Part shown: positions 51,699 to 60,156 of the stretch, in pieces
Layout: each line of letters opens with the position of its first letter
Numbering within the stretch: position 1 is the stretch's first letter
Virus record (IMG/VR): IMGVR_UViG_3300009000_000003
Strand: one strand, 5' to 3'
Length of the DNA: 64,000 nucleotides
DNA from: a virus
The notes under the pieces: model-generated
What the model was told of the DNA's origin: nothing
The model's input: the letters and a program-made list of their open reading frames with translations, nothing else
Databases searched by the model: none
Made by a program: the position numbers and the translations under genes

Positions 51699-52997
51699 AT
51701 AATCAGCAAAACCTAAAATATCTTTCCAAAGATCTTTAGCATAGTCAGATAACAAGCCACCTACTTTTACAGAATTTTCTATAAATTTTTCTTCATATTT
51801 TTCAAGAACGGAAAGTTTTTTCTTACCCATAGCTCGTCGAACATCATCTGCTTCTTGTTGAGTAAAACCTGCTAAATCGGTAAATAATTTCATAATTTGT
51901 TCCTGATATATTAAAGTCCAATAAGAAGCTTTTAGAATTTCAGCAACTTGAAGAGGTAAATCTTCAGGCGGAGAATTATTTAATTTATTAGCAATATAAG
52001 TTTTATCAAGACCAGCTTGCAAAGGGCCAGGGCGGTTGATAGCACTGATAGCACTAAGATCCTCTATGCTAGCGGGTTGTATGTCATTAATTAATCGTTT
52101 AGCGGTACCGGATGTTTCCATTTGAAAAATACCAGTTAAACAACCTAAATTTAAATATTTATAAGCTAACTCGTCGCCATCTGGTATAGAATAAGGCTCT
52201 AAATCTATGTTGTAATTTTGTTTAATTAAATTTTTACATTCTTTGATAATAGATAAAGTGTCAATACCTAAAAAATCAAACTTAATAAGCCCAAGCTCTT
52301 CACATTCATCTTTATCATATTGAGTAATTCTTTCTGCTTTACTATTAGACCAAACAGGGACAGTATCATGTATTTCTTTATCTGAAATAATGACACCTGC
52401 TGCATGGATGCCAAAATTAGCAACCATGTTTTCTATTCTATCAGCAAATTCTAAAAAAGCAGAATATCTTTGATCATCAGAAAGGTCGGGATTTTCTTCA
52501 AGAACTTCTTCTAAAGTAGGTTCTTTGCCATACTTAGGAGGAGGAAACATTTTTAATAACTCGTTAAGTTCAGAAGAATCACCTTCGTGTATTCTATAAA
52601 AAGAACGAGCTAATGATTTTGGTTTAAAAGTTCCATGAGTTATAATATTGGCAACTCTCTCACGCCCCCAATAATCAATGCACCATTGTATTGCTTTCTC
52701 TCTATCTAAAGCATCATGGTCTATATCAATATCGGGAGTCGCACCCCCAATAGTATCTGATCTCATTTTATTAAAATCAAACACATCGGTAAGTCCAGTA
52801 ATATAAAGTAAAATACTATTATATGGATTTTCTAAAAAAGAATGTTTAGACTGTAAACAAGATTCAATTCTGTCTAAATCTTCTAAAGAAATCATAGCAA
52901 CTTCTTGATGGAGAAAATCTGGATCTACTTTTTGATAACGATCTTCAATAATATAAGAATCTATTTCTTTTAAAAAAGTTTCTCGAGATTTAAACAT
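51381..52997 (-). CDS. dnaE: DNA polymerase III alpha, part 2 (palm/thumb/fingers + N-intein)
   Basis: PDIDID, GIHAAGVII, LIKFDFLG, GIFQME, AINRPGP, IYQEQIM, RRAMGKKK, then FADY|CLAG. Confidence 0.95.
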   Translation of the reverse strand: MFKSRETFLKEIDSYIIEDRYQKVDPDFLHQEVAMISLEDLDRIESCLQSKHSFLENPYNSILLYITGLTDVFDFNKMRSDTIGGATPDIDIDHDALDREKAIQWCIDYWGRERVANIITHGTFKPKSLARSFYRIHEGDSSELNELLKMFPPPKYGKEPTLEEVLEENPDLSDDQRYSAFLEFADRIENMVANFGIHAAGVIISDKEIHDTVPVWSNSKAERITQYDKDECEELGLIKFDFLGIDTLSIIKECKNLIKQNYNIDLEPYSIPDGDELAYKYLNLGCLTGIFQMETSGTAKRLINDIQPASIEDLSAISAINRPGPLQAGLDKTYIANKLNNSPPEDLPLQVAEILKASYWTLIYQEQIMKLFTDLAGFTQQEADDVRRAMGKKKLSVLEKYEEKFIENSVKVGGLLSDYAKDLWKDILGFADYCLAGNTEILIPTLTKRSRTIEDIVKAQYSGFVLSNDSTQATPWVAQQVTQWHDKGIKTVYRYTLENGDYVDCTEDHKFMSSNNQMLPIDLLFTKEIDIFSTKDNI

Positions 52998-53060
52998 GTT
53001 AAACTTTCAAATAATAAAAAGATGGAAATTACCTAAAGTAAGAAACTGCAAAGGTGGTTG

Positions 53061-53405
53061 TTAAACCACCCAAGATTTGTTTAAATAATATTCAGGATTT
53101 TCTATAGATATATTAAATACTTGGGAAAGATTTTGTTTTTCTTGAATAGAAAATAATCTTTCGTTTAAAGAAAATAAAATTTGTAAAACTTTTTGAGTTT
53201 GACTATTTGCTTCACAAATAATTGTATAGTTAGCAGTCAAGTTATAAAGCAAAGCACTTATAATGTAGTTTGTTTCATTACCTACAAAAAATTTTGCACA
53301 TTTATAATTAGATTCGTCAGTAAAACACTTTTTTAAATTCTTAAATAAAGAACTTGTTGGATCTACATTTAAGTTAAAAAGCGAGTTATTTGTATCCATA
53401 TGCAC
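53061..53405 (-). CDS. Hypothetical protein between dnaE parts 1 and 2
   Basis: ORF track; no recognisable motif. Confidence 0.5.
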   Translation of the reverse strand: MHMDTNNSLFNLNVDPTSSLFKNLKKCFTDESNYKCAKFFVGNETNYIISALLYNLTANYTIICEANSQTQKVLQILFSLNERLFSIQEKQNLSQVFNISIENPEYYLNKSWVV

Positions 53406-53412
53406 CTGCTTG

Positions 53413-53640
53413 TTATCTTACAGATGTCCAATCTGTATAATTTGTAAAATCACATTTCATAATTTTAACATCAGTTCTCTGAGTTAATCTTCTGTAAGAT
53501 CTAGCATCAGATCTAGTAGTGTGTAATGTCCTACCTTTAATAGTTATAGGTGTATTTGTCGTTTGATCGACAACAGCATAAAGAGTGGTAGCACAAGTAT
53601 CTATAGGAGTAACTAGATTAGTCATAATTATTTCTTTCAA
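53413..53640 (-). CDS. Hypothetical protein between dnaE parts 1 and 2
   Basis: Overlaps the part 1 stop; may start at the internal MTNLV. Confidence 0.5.
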   Translation of the reverse strand: MKEIIMTNLVTPIDTCATTLYAVVDQTTNTPITIKGRTLHTTRSDARSYRRLTQRTDVKIMKCDFTNYTDWTSVR

Positions 53641-54947
53641 AAAGGTAAAGTAAACTGATCTGCTTGCTCAGCCATTTGTTTATTAAAAATAAGAGGGGTA
53701 GCAGCACGACCCTCATTAAGAAAACGAGAAAACATAAGATCGTATTTAATTGGATCAATTTCAGTAATGCCTAAAGACCAGGCTACAAGAGAACCAGCAG
53801 CAGAACCTCGACCGGGCCCATGCATTACTCCATAATCTCTAGCACCATTCATAAATTGAGAAACAATTAACATATAATCAGAAAAACCCATACGTTTAAT
53901 TACATTTAATTCATGATCAAGCCTATCTCGATATTCTTGAGGAGGCATATCATTAAACCTATTGTATAAACCGTGTTGAGATTCTAAAGTAAGGAATTCA
54001 AAACTTTTATAAGTTTCTGGAAGATCTTGAAACTTAGGATAACGGTTCATTCTATCCATAAAATAAGTTTCATTATCTATCAAATCAGCTACATGAACTG
54101 TATTAGATATGACGTCGTAAGGCATATTTTGTTGGTTAGCTTCATTCCAAGTCCAATCATGAGATGCAAAATGAACATCTATTGGTCCGAAACTAAATCT
54201 TTTTTCATCAGAAAGTACAGTTTTAGTTTGCATACACAAAGCGGCTTCATGATGTTGTTTATCATGTTCATGAGTGTAATGACAATCACATGTAAGTACC
54301 ATAGGTAAATTATGTTTAGAAGCAATTTCTTGCAAAACTTTATTTACAGCTTGTTGCTCTTCATCTTTATGGAGTTGAAGTTCCACAAGAAATCTATCTT
54401 TAAACATTTCTTTATGATGTAAAATAAGATTTTCTGCGGCTTTTTTCTCACCCATAAGGATGAGTTGACTTGCTCTACTACCCAAACAAGTAGTGGTAGC
54501 AATAATACCTTCAGAATATTGAGCAATAAGAGCATCATCAATACGTGGTTTACGATACATACCTTCAGTATAAGCATAAGAACTGAGCTTCATGAGGTTA
54601 TGTAAACCAATATTATTTTGAGCTAACAAAATCAAATGATAATAAGACTTGCCTAAATGGTCAGGTTCTTTTGCAGTTCTATCATTTATAGTATAATAAG
54701 CTTCCATACCGATAATTGGTTTTATATCTTGTTTTTTACATTCTTTATAAAATTTGTAACTACCTGATACATTACCATGATCTGTCATCGCTACAGCAGG
54801 CATACCCATTTGTTTTGCATAAGCAGGAAGCCTATTAACTTTATTAATTCCATCTAAAAGACTATATTCTGTATGTACATGCAAATGCACATAAGGCTTT
54901 TCAGACGGATTCTGATGTTGGTTTTGATGATTGCATGTCGTTGCCAT
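53637..54947 (-). CDS. dnaE: DNA polymerase III alpha, part 1 (PHP domain + N-terminal palm with GRGS)
   Basis: HLHVHTEYSLLDG, TDHG, GMEAY, YHLILLA, KPRID, TCLG, CDCHY, GPGRGSAAGSLVAWSLGITEIDP, FSRFLN. Confidence 0.95.
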   Translation of the reverse strand: MATTCNHQNQHQNPSEKPYVHLHVHTEYSLLDGINKVNRLPAYAKQMGMPAVAMTDHGNVSGSYKFYKECKKQDIKPIIGMEAYYTINDRTAKEPDHLGKSYYHLILLAQNNIGLHNLMKLSSYAYTEGMYRKPRIDDALIAQYSEGIIATTTCLGSRASQLILMGEKKAAENLILHHKEMFKDRFLVELQLHKDEEQQAVNKVLQEIASKHNLPMVLTCDCHYTHEHDKQHHEAALCMQTKTVLSDEKRFSFGPIDVHFASHDWTWNEANQQNMPYDVISNTVHVADLIDNETYFMDRMNRYPKFQDLPETYKSFEFLTLESQHGLYNRFNDMPPQEYRDRLDHELNVIKRMGFSDYMLIVSQFMNGARDYGVMHGPGRGSAAGSLVAWSLGITEIDPIKYDLMFSRFLNEGRAATPLIFNKQMAEQADQFTLPF

Positions 54948-55341
54948 TTAATAAATTGCTTTCTTTTCCAGTACACACAAGCTTAAAATGTTCAAAGTAA
55001 TTGGGTTGCTCTTCAATTAAAGCACGTAAACCCATCTTACCACCAGTGCAAAGAGTTTCTTCTTCACTTGTCGTGGGATTTTGCCACTTTACTGCAGAGC
55101 CAGCAAAACGAACAAAACCCATGTCTTTTGCAAGACCAATGACATCCATGATTTTATCAGTGCCTTTAGCACATTCAAATTCAAATTCAGCTACTTTATT
55201 AAGAGCTGGAGCAACTTTGTTCTTAACTATTTTTACTTTCATAGCCAAAGTATTAGGAGAGTCAGAGCTAGGCTTAGAACTAACCCTGAGCCTAACAGAA
55301 GCGTAAAATGGAATAGCATTGCCACCTGAAGTTGTTTCTGG
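54901..55341 (-). CDS. recA: RecA exon 2
   Basis: PETTSGGNAIPFYASVRL, VKIVKNKVAP; in frame with exon 1 after intron removal (spliced product about 355 aa). Confidence 0.92.
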   Translation of the reverse strand, partial: PETTSGGNAIPFYASVRLRVSSKPSSDSPNTLAMKVKIVKNKVAPALNKVAEFEFECAKGTDKIMDVIGLAKDMGFVRFAGSAVKWQNPTTSEEETLCTGGKMGLRALIEEQPNYFEHFKLVCTGKESNLLNGNDMQSSKPTSESV

Positions 55342-56282
55342 CACGAAACTCCACAAGTTTACCATACTTGTGGCGTGGACTATATCTTCATCTTTCTCTC
55401 GAAAGAGCCTTGCGCTTGGGGAACGTACCAATCTCATTCCCTACTCTACTCACTTCCATCTTTCGATGTGTTTTCGATAGTCTCTACACCTTCCTCTATT
55501 AAAGAGGCTTGGCACGGTATTGCCCAATAAATGGAGGGGTTCACCGTTAGCCCGTAATGGACACCCACTGGTAGTGGTTCACAAGGTTTTTTTCCTAGAG
55601 TCGCCTCTAGGGGAAACCGTAGAAACTGAAGTATAGTTTCTTTAGCAGTGTCAATATTCTCTTCTAATATAACGCAATAATGATAACCCATAGAAGTTAG
55701 CTCTTTGATTTTTCTTTGATCACTCTTCTTTTGTTTTTCGAAAGAGTGAGCCCAAGAGCCATGAATATCTATACAATACTTTTGACCAAGATAAAAATCA
55801 ATAGACCATTGATTAATTCGTTTTTCATAGATATAAGCTAAATCTAATTCATCTAAAATTTCTTTAAGCTTTTCTTCTAAACGATTCATGGAAACATTTC
55901 TTCTAACAGAAACGCCCATGGCTTTTCTTTTGTGGCCAACAGCAGATTCACTACAGCCCCAAAGATCAGCTAGTTTAACATGGCTAAGATAAGGGTCTTT
56001 AAGCATTTGGATAGCTTCAGGAGTATTGGGAATTTTCTTACGATACATACGTTGTCTTTTTAAACCTAAGGCTTTTAAAAGACGGTAAACTGTTTCGTCA
56101 CAAAAATTTAAATACTCTTGAAGTTCTGTTAATTTCATTAAATTGTAATTCTTTTGAACAAATTGAATTTGTTCTTGAGTAATTTCTTTATTAAAAGTGA
56201 CACCGTTTATAGTAGTTGACATATAACCTCCTGTAAAGTTGGCATATAGTAAACTACACAAAACAATACTTATTTCAAGTTA
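55342..56282 (-). mobile_element. Group I intron (941 nt) in recA
   Basis: Exon 1 ends in U (GGA AAU) and the intron ends in G before CCA GAA. Core elements: P-like AACGGTGAA, Q-like AATACCGTGCCAAG, R GTAGAGACTAT, S AAGATATAGTCC (P7), P3 CCTTGTG/CGCAAGG, P9 CCACAAGT..ACTTGTGG. IGS GTTTCTACGGTTTCC at 55612-55626. Confidence 0.93.
55446..56222 (-). CDS. Intron-encoded homing endonuclease, Vsr-like/EDxHD type with N-terminal HTH-like repeats
   Basis: RBS GGAGG before the ATG at 56222; LEEKL...IDFYL...IDIHGSWAH...SDQRK...GYHYCVI. Confidence 0.8.
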   Translation of the reverse strand: MSTTINGVTFNKEITQEQIQFVQKNYNLMKLTELQEYLNFCDETVYRLLKALGLKRQRMYRKKIPNTPEAIQMLKDPYLSHVKLADLWGCSESAVGHKRKAMGVSVRRNVSMNRLEEKLKEILDELDLAYIYEKRINQWSIDFYLGQKYCIDIHGSWAHSFEKQKKSDQRKIKELTSMGYHYCVILEENIDTAKETILQFLRFPLEATLGKKPCEPLPVGVHYGLTVNPSIYWAIPCQASLIEEGVETIENTSKDGSE

Positions 56283-56909
56283 ATTTCCGTACATGACACC
56301 AATATTCATGCGAACTTGGTTAATAAATAAATATAAACAATCATGATCTACACTAATTTTGCTAATAGCTCGGAGAGCTTTAGAAAGTAATCTAGGTAAA
56401 TCACCAACGCCCATCTCATTCATAAGTCGTTTAGTATCTCGTTCTGATTGAGCAGCGTCAATAGAGTCAAATACAATAACGCCTACTTTACCAGTCTTGC
56501 CAAGATCTTGGCAAAGCTGAAGCGCTTCTTCAGCAGTATCAGGGTAACAGAAAACCATACGATCAGGGTCGATTCCCATAGACTTAATAAGATCTAAACC
56601 AGTAGTACGCTCTAAATCTACAAATACTGGGACTCTATCGTAACCATAAGTATCTACATAAGACTTAACGATTTGAAGGCAAAGACTAGTTTTGCCAGCG
56701 CTTGGAGGACCAAATATTTCTACAACTCTATCTGAAGGTAAACCTCCGACACCTAAAGCAGAGTCAAGAGTTACAGAACCTGTAGAAATTGCTTTTACTT
56801 TTTCATACTTTGGACCAAGAGAAATAGAATCTTCTTTGCCAAACTTTTTACTAATACTATTAGCAATTGCATCAATTTCTGGAATACCTGTAATTTTTTT
56901 AATTGCCAT
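56283..56909 (-). CDS. recA: RecA exon 1
   Basis: ISTGSVTLDSALGVGGLP, EIFGPPSAGKT, VFDSI, FINQVRMNIGVMYGN. Confidence 0.95.
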
Positions 56910-57097
56910 TAATCATCTCTTTCAGGATTTAAAACATGTTTTACTTCCTGAGGATCAGGAAGAGTGCAATCATGAATTTTATTTGCAATATCAGTATTGC
57001 CAAGCAAATGAACAATTTCTGATAATGGGTGAGCTATTAAATTATGGATTGTCCATTTATATCTAATAGGTAAAATATTAATAATTTTTTTTATCAT
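56909..57097 (-). CDS. Small hypothetical phage protein
   Basis: TAATG coupling to recA; WTIHNLIAHPLSE. Confidence 0.6.
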   Translation of the reverse strand: MIKKIINILPIRYKWTIHNLIAHPLSEIVHLLGNTDIANKIHDCTLPDPQEVKHVLNPERDD

Positions 57098-57322
57098 TTA
57101 AATTTCCTGATAGTAAAAAGTAGAATCATGCAAAACAACTTTTTTCCATAAAGAGACTTCTAAAGAAACATTTTCTTTAGTAGGATAGGAAAATAAATCG
57201 TAATCTTTACAATTGAATTTATTATATAAAGTAATTACAGAAAGATTTACGTCTTTTGAAGAAATAGAAATAAAAATATTTTTATTTGTTTTAGTTTTTG
57301 CTGGGACTAATATTTGGGTCAT
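57098..57322 (-). CDS. Hypothetical protein
   Basis: Fills the operon gap. Confidence 0.45.
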   Translation of the reverse strand: MTQILVPAKTKTNKNIFISISSKDVNLSVITLYNKFNCKDYDLFSYPTKENVSLEVSLWKKVVLHDSTFYYQEI

Positions 57323-57662
57323 TTAATATTTTCTTATCAATATTAATTACTTCAAAAAATTGAGAATCTAAAGTACCATAATCATATGGAGCGTTAGTTT
57401 TATGGCCTTCTCTAAAAAAGAAACCAGAAGAACCACTATTGATTGGATAAGTTACATCCTCCATTATACCTCTAGACAAATATTCTCCAGAGCCAGAAAG
57501 TACTTTAAAAGGTACATCTGACAACCTAGTAGGCGAAGATACTATTTCAACTAAAGTTCCAGGATTTAAATAGCCTGGTCCAGGACGATTGTAATCGTTA
57601 TCTTTAATCTTTACTTTCTTGAGGACTTTTAGTTTGAGCCCTTTCTTCAGCTTTATTGTCAT
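57291..57662 (-). CDS. Hypothetical protein
   Basis: RBS GAGG. Confidence 0.55.
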   Translation of the reverse strand: MTIKLKKGLKLKVLKKVKIKDNDYNRPGPGYLNPGTLVEIVSSPTRLSDVPFKVLSGSGEYLSRGIMEDVTYPINSGSSGFFFREGHKTNAPYDYGTLDSQFFEVINIDKKILNDPNISPSKN

Positions 57663-58242
57663 TTAACACCTCGTCTAAATTAATTACTTCAAAAGTAACT
57701 TTATTATCTTTAATTGCGTCTCTAATTCGTCTTTGAGATTTGTTTAAAGAAGATTTACCAGTTTTTATATCTATGAATTTTATAGAAACTATCTCATCAG
57801 ACTTTTTATCTAATAAATCACTAAGGCCTTCAAAAAGAACATAATCCACAGGATTGCCCATAAAGCGATAATCTTTAGGATTAGTACCTTTAATTATAAA
57901 AGGTGCAAGATGTTCTGTAGCTTGGCCACGCATAACTGATCTAGATTTATCTAAAGCGTCTTTTCTTGCTTTAATAAGTTCATTTTTATGAGAAGCTTTT
58001 AAAATTGTTATTTGATTTTCTAAAGAATATACTTCTTCAAGAGAATTAGATAACTTGTTTTGGTTTTCTTCAAACTGATCAAAAAGTTTTTCTTTAGCTT
58101 CTTTAACTTCAAGAGATTTAGTTACTAATTGAGTAGCTAATTCAGAAAGAACAGTATTGAGCTCTTTGTTTTTTTTGTTTAAAAAATAAGCATAAATTAA
58201 TAAAGAAAAATATGCTATTATAAATAATATTTTATAAATCAT
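57604..58242 (-). CDS. Membrane-anchored Holliday junction resolvase-like endonuclease (Endonuc_Holl family)
   Basis: N-terminal TM + coiled coil; SRSVMRGQATEHLAPF, RFMGNPVDYVLFEG, FIDIKTG..L...QRRIRDAI. Confidence 0.8.
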   Translation of the reverse strand: MIYKILFIIAYFSLLIYAYFLNKKNKELNTVLSELATQLVTKSLEVKEAKEKLFDQFEENQNKLSNSLEEVYSLENQITILKASHKNELIKARKDALDKSRSVMRGQATEHLAPFIIKGTNPKDYRFMGNPVDYVLFEGLSDLLDKKSDEIVSIKFIDIKTGKSSLNKSQRRIRDAIKDNKVTFEVINLDEVLNDNKAEERAQTKSPQESKD

Positions 58243-58243
58243 T

Positions 58244-58822
58244 TTAATTAAATGCTGAATTTATTTTTAAAAATAAATAAAAATGTTTAAATAAAGAATC
58301 TAATTCAGAATCAGATAAATTAATATTTGATTCTAAAAGTATTATTTTTAAACATAATTTTAAATAAATTCTATCAGCGCCTTTTTTCTTAACAGGACAA
58401 TAAATTCGATTATTTTCATAGTCAATATAATGATTTTTTGGAGAGTTTATTATTGAATAAACTTTACCAGATATAGATATTTTTTCTGGTATCTTTATAT
58501 CATGGAAATTTTTATTCCACCAGTAATCAATTGAATCTGAAATAATATTATTTCGTATCTGTTCCATATTGACCTGTGTAGTGTTTAATATATTAATTAA
58601 TAAATCTCTTGTAGATAAATGAATTGAATCATCTTCATCATCTACAAAAGATTCAAAAGTGTATGTATCGTCAAAAAATAAATCAACTGAGTTGTTAAAT
58701 GATTCTTCAAGAAAAGTTTTATTTCTGTTTTTCTTATGTTGGAGTTTTATATAATCAGTTGCTGCTGCTTCTAAAACAGCGCGCATGATTTTTTTTACAT
58801 CTTCAGAAGAATCATATTTCAT
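58244..58822 (-). CDS. Hypothetical protein
   Basis: Coupled ORF. Confidence 0.6.
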   Translation of the reverse strand: MKYDSSEDVKKIMRAVLEAAATDYIKLQHKKNRNKTFLEESFNNSVDLFFDDTYTFESFVDDEDDSIHLSTRDLLINILNTTQVNMEQIRNNIISDSIDYWWNKNFHDIKIPEKISISGKVYSIINSPKNHYIDYENNRIYCPVKKKGADRIYLKLCLKIILLESNINLSDSELDSLFKHFYLFLKINSAFN

Positions 58823-58825
58823 TGA

Positions 58826-59173
58826 TTATACTTTTTTGCCACCATGGCGATGTGGTCTAGATTTATTATAAATGATCTTTTCATTTAATGCTTCCTCTAG
58901 ATCAATACCATACTTACCGCAAAAATCAAATATTCTGATAACACAATCTGCAAGCTCAATAGGAATGCCTTCAGGCTTTCTAGGTTTATCAGGATTATAA
59001 TAAACCTCTGTAGGGGTACGACCATTGCGGTACTCCTCTAAAGCTTCACTAAGTTCAGAATGCATAAGAGCAATTAGATCACCAATAGATCTTTCTTGTT
59101 CATGCCAACCTTTTTCTACAGCGTTATCGTAAGAAATTTGAACATATTCGTTGACGTAATGTCTGTTAATCAT
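58826..59173 (-). CDS. MazG-like NTP pyrophosphohydrolase
   Basis: LMHSELSEALEEYR...ELADCVIRIFD...KIIYNKSRPHRHG. Confidence 0.85.
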   Translation of the reverse strand: MINRHYVNEYVQISYDNAVEKGWHEQERSIGDLIALMHSELSEALEEYRNGRTPTEVYYNPDKPRKPEGIPIELADCVIRIFDFCGKYGIDLEEALNEKIIYNKSRPHRHGGKKV

Positions 59174-59181
59174 TTTTTTCC

Positions 59182-60156
59182 TTAATTAATTAAAGACCAA
59201 TCTAGTTCTCCAGAAAGGCCAGAAGCGTTATAATCAGTAACTGTTCCTTCAAAAAAATTCTTAAAGGAATCTCCAGAAACAATCCAATCAAGCCAAGGCA
59301 ATGGGTTGTCTTTTTGTTTAAAAATAGGTTTCATACCAAGCTGAAGCAGTCTTCTATCCGCTAAATAAGAAATATACTTTTTAACTTCTTCACGAGTTAA
59401 ACCTTGAGAAGAAGAGTTATCGTATATTAAGTCAATTAAATCATGCTCTAATTTAACAGCTTGAGTAAAATTACTATAAATATATGTTTTTAAAGTATCT
59501 GTAACTAAATGAGGGTTTTCTTCTAGGTATGTATGAAATAATTTAGTTATAGCCTCTACATGAAGAGTTTCATCTCGTATAGACCATTCAACAATCTCAC
59601 ACATGCCTTTCATTTTACCAAATCTTTGATAGTTTAAAAGCATTACAAATGCAGAAAAAAGAGACATGCCTTCATTACAAACGCTCCTTGCTAATTCAAA
59701 AGCAAGATTTTGATCATGCTTCTTCATGCTTTTAGGAGGTTGCATCATAAAATCAATTTTATCTGACATCTCTTTAAATTTTAAAAATAAAGAATATTCT
59801 TCTTCAGGAATTCCTAAAGTATCATTTAAGAGTGCATATGATCTTTGGTGAGTTCCTTCGCGATTAGCAAAAGAAAGAAGCATATTGCGTATTTCATTAT
59901 TTTTAAAAGCCTGTATAAATATATCACAATAATTTCCTCCGACAGCTACATCTGACTGAGTAAAAATTCTCAAGATATTTGTGATATGATTTTTTTCTTC
60001 TTGAGTAATTTTATTTGATTTCCATTGGTTTAAATCTTCTTGAAGTTTAGCTTCCCAAGAACCCCAATGAATTTTTTCGTGTTGTTCAGCATATTCCATA
60101 GCCCAAGGATAATTAAAGGGCTTATAAGTTTTAGAGTATTCGGTTAACCTTGACAT
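59182..60156 (-). CDS. nrdB: Ribonucleotide reductase class Ia beta subunit
   Basis: YKPFNYPWA, FTQSDV, REGTH..SY, EGMSLFSAF, WSIRDETLH, NFFEGTVTDY. Confidence 0.95.
   Translation of the reverse strand: MSRLTEYSKTYKPFNYPWAMEYAEQHEKIHWGSWEAKLQEDLNQWKSNKITQEEKNHITNILRIFTQSDVAVGGNYCDIFIQAFKNNEIRNMLLSFANREGTHQRSYALLNDTLGIPEEEYSLFLKFKEMSDKIDFMMQPPKSMKKHDQNLAFELARSVCNEGMSLFSAFVMLLNYQRFGKMKGMCEIVEWSIRDETLHVEAITKLFHTYLEENPHLVTDTLKTYIYSNFTQAVKLEHDLIDLIYDNSSSQGLTREEVKKYISYLADRRLLQLGMKPIFKQKDNPLPWLDWIVSGDSFKNFFEGTVTDYNASGLSGELDWSLIN

Noticed and set aside
52740-53699. Possible intron or ribosomal bypass joining dnaE part 1 and part 2 (removal would give RAA|TPDIDID with U| and G| boundaries)
   Set aside because: No group I core (no P7 GACUA/UAGUC or S motif like those in the recA intron) and no group II domain V is visible. 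The 960 nt are filled with ordinary ORFs and are too long for known bypassing. RT-PCR would settle it.
55342-55437. ORF-track N-terminus MRLVRSP... of the recA 3' ORF, or an intein in RecA
   Set aside because: This stretch is intron P7-P9 RNA; exon 1 is followed by a stop and there are no intein motifs.
56223-56282. Sigma70-like promoter (TTGAAA-16-TAGTTT) at the intron 5' end for the endonuclease
   Set aside because: Weak match in AT-rich DNA; cannot be supported without TSS data.
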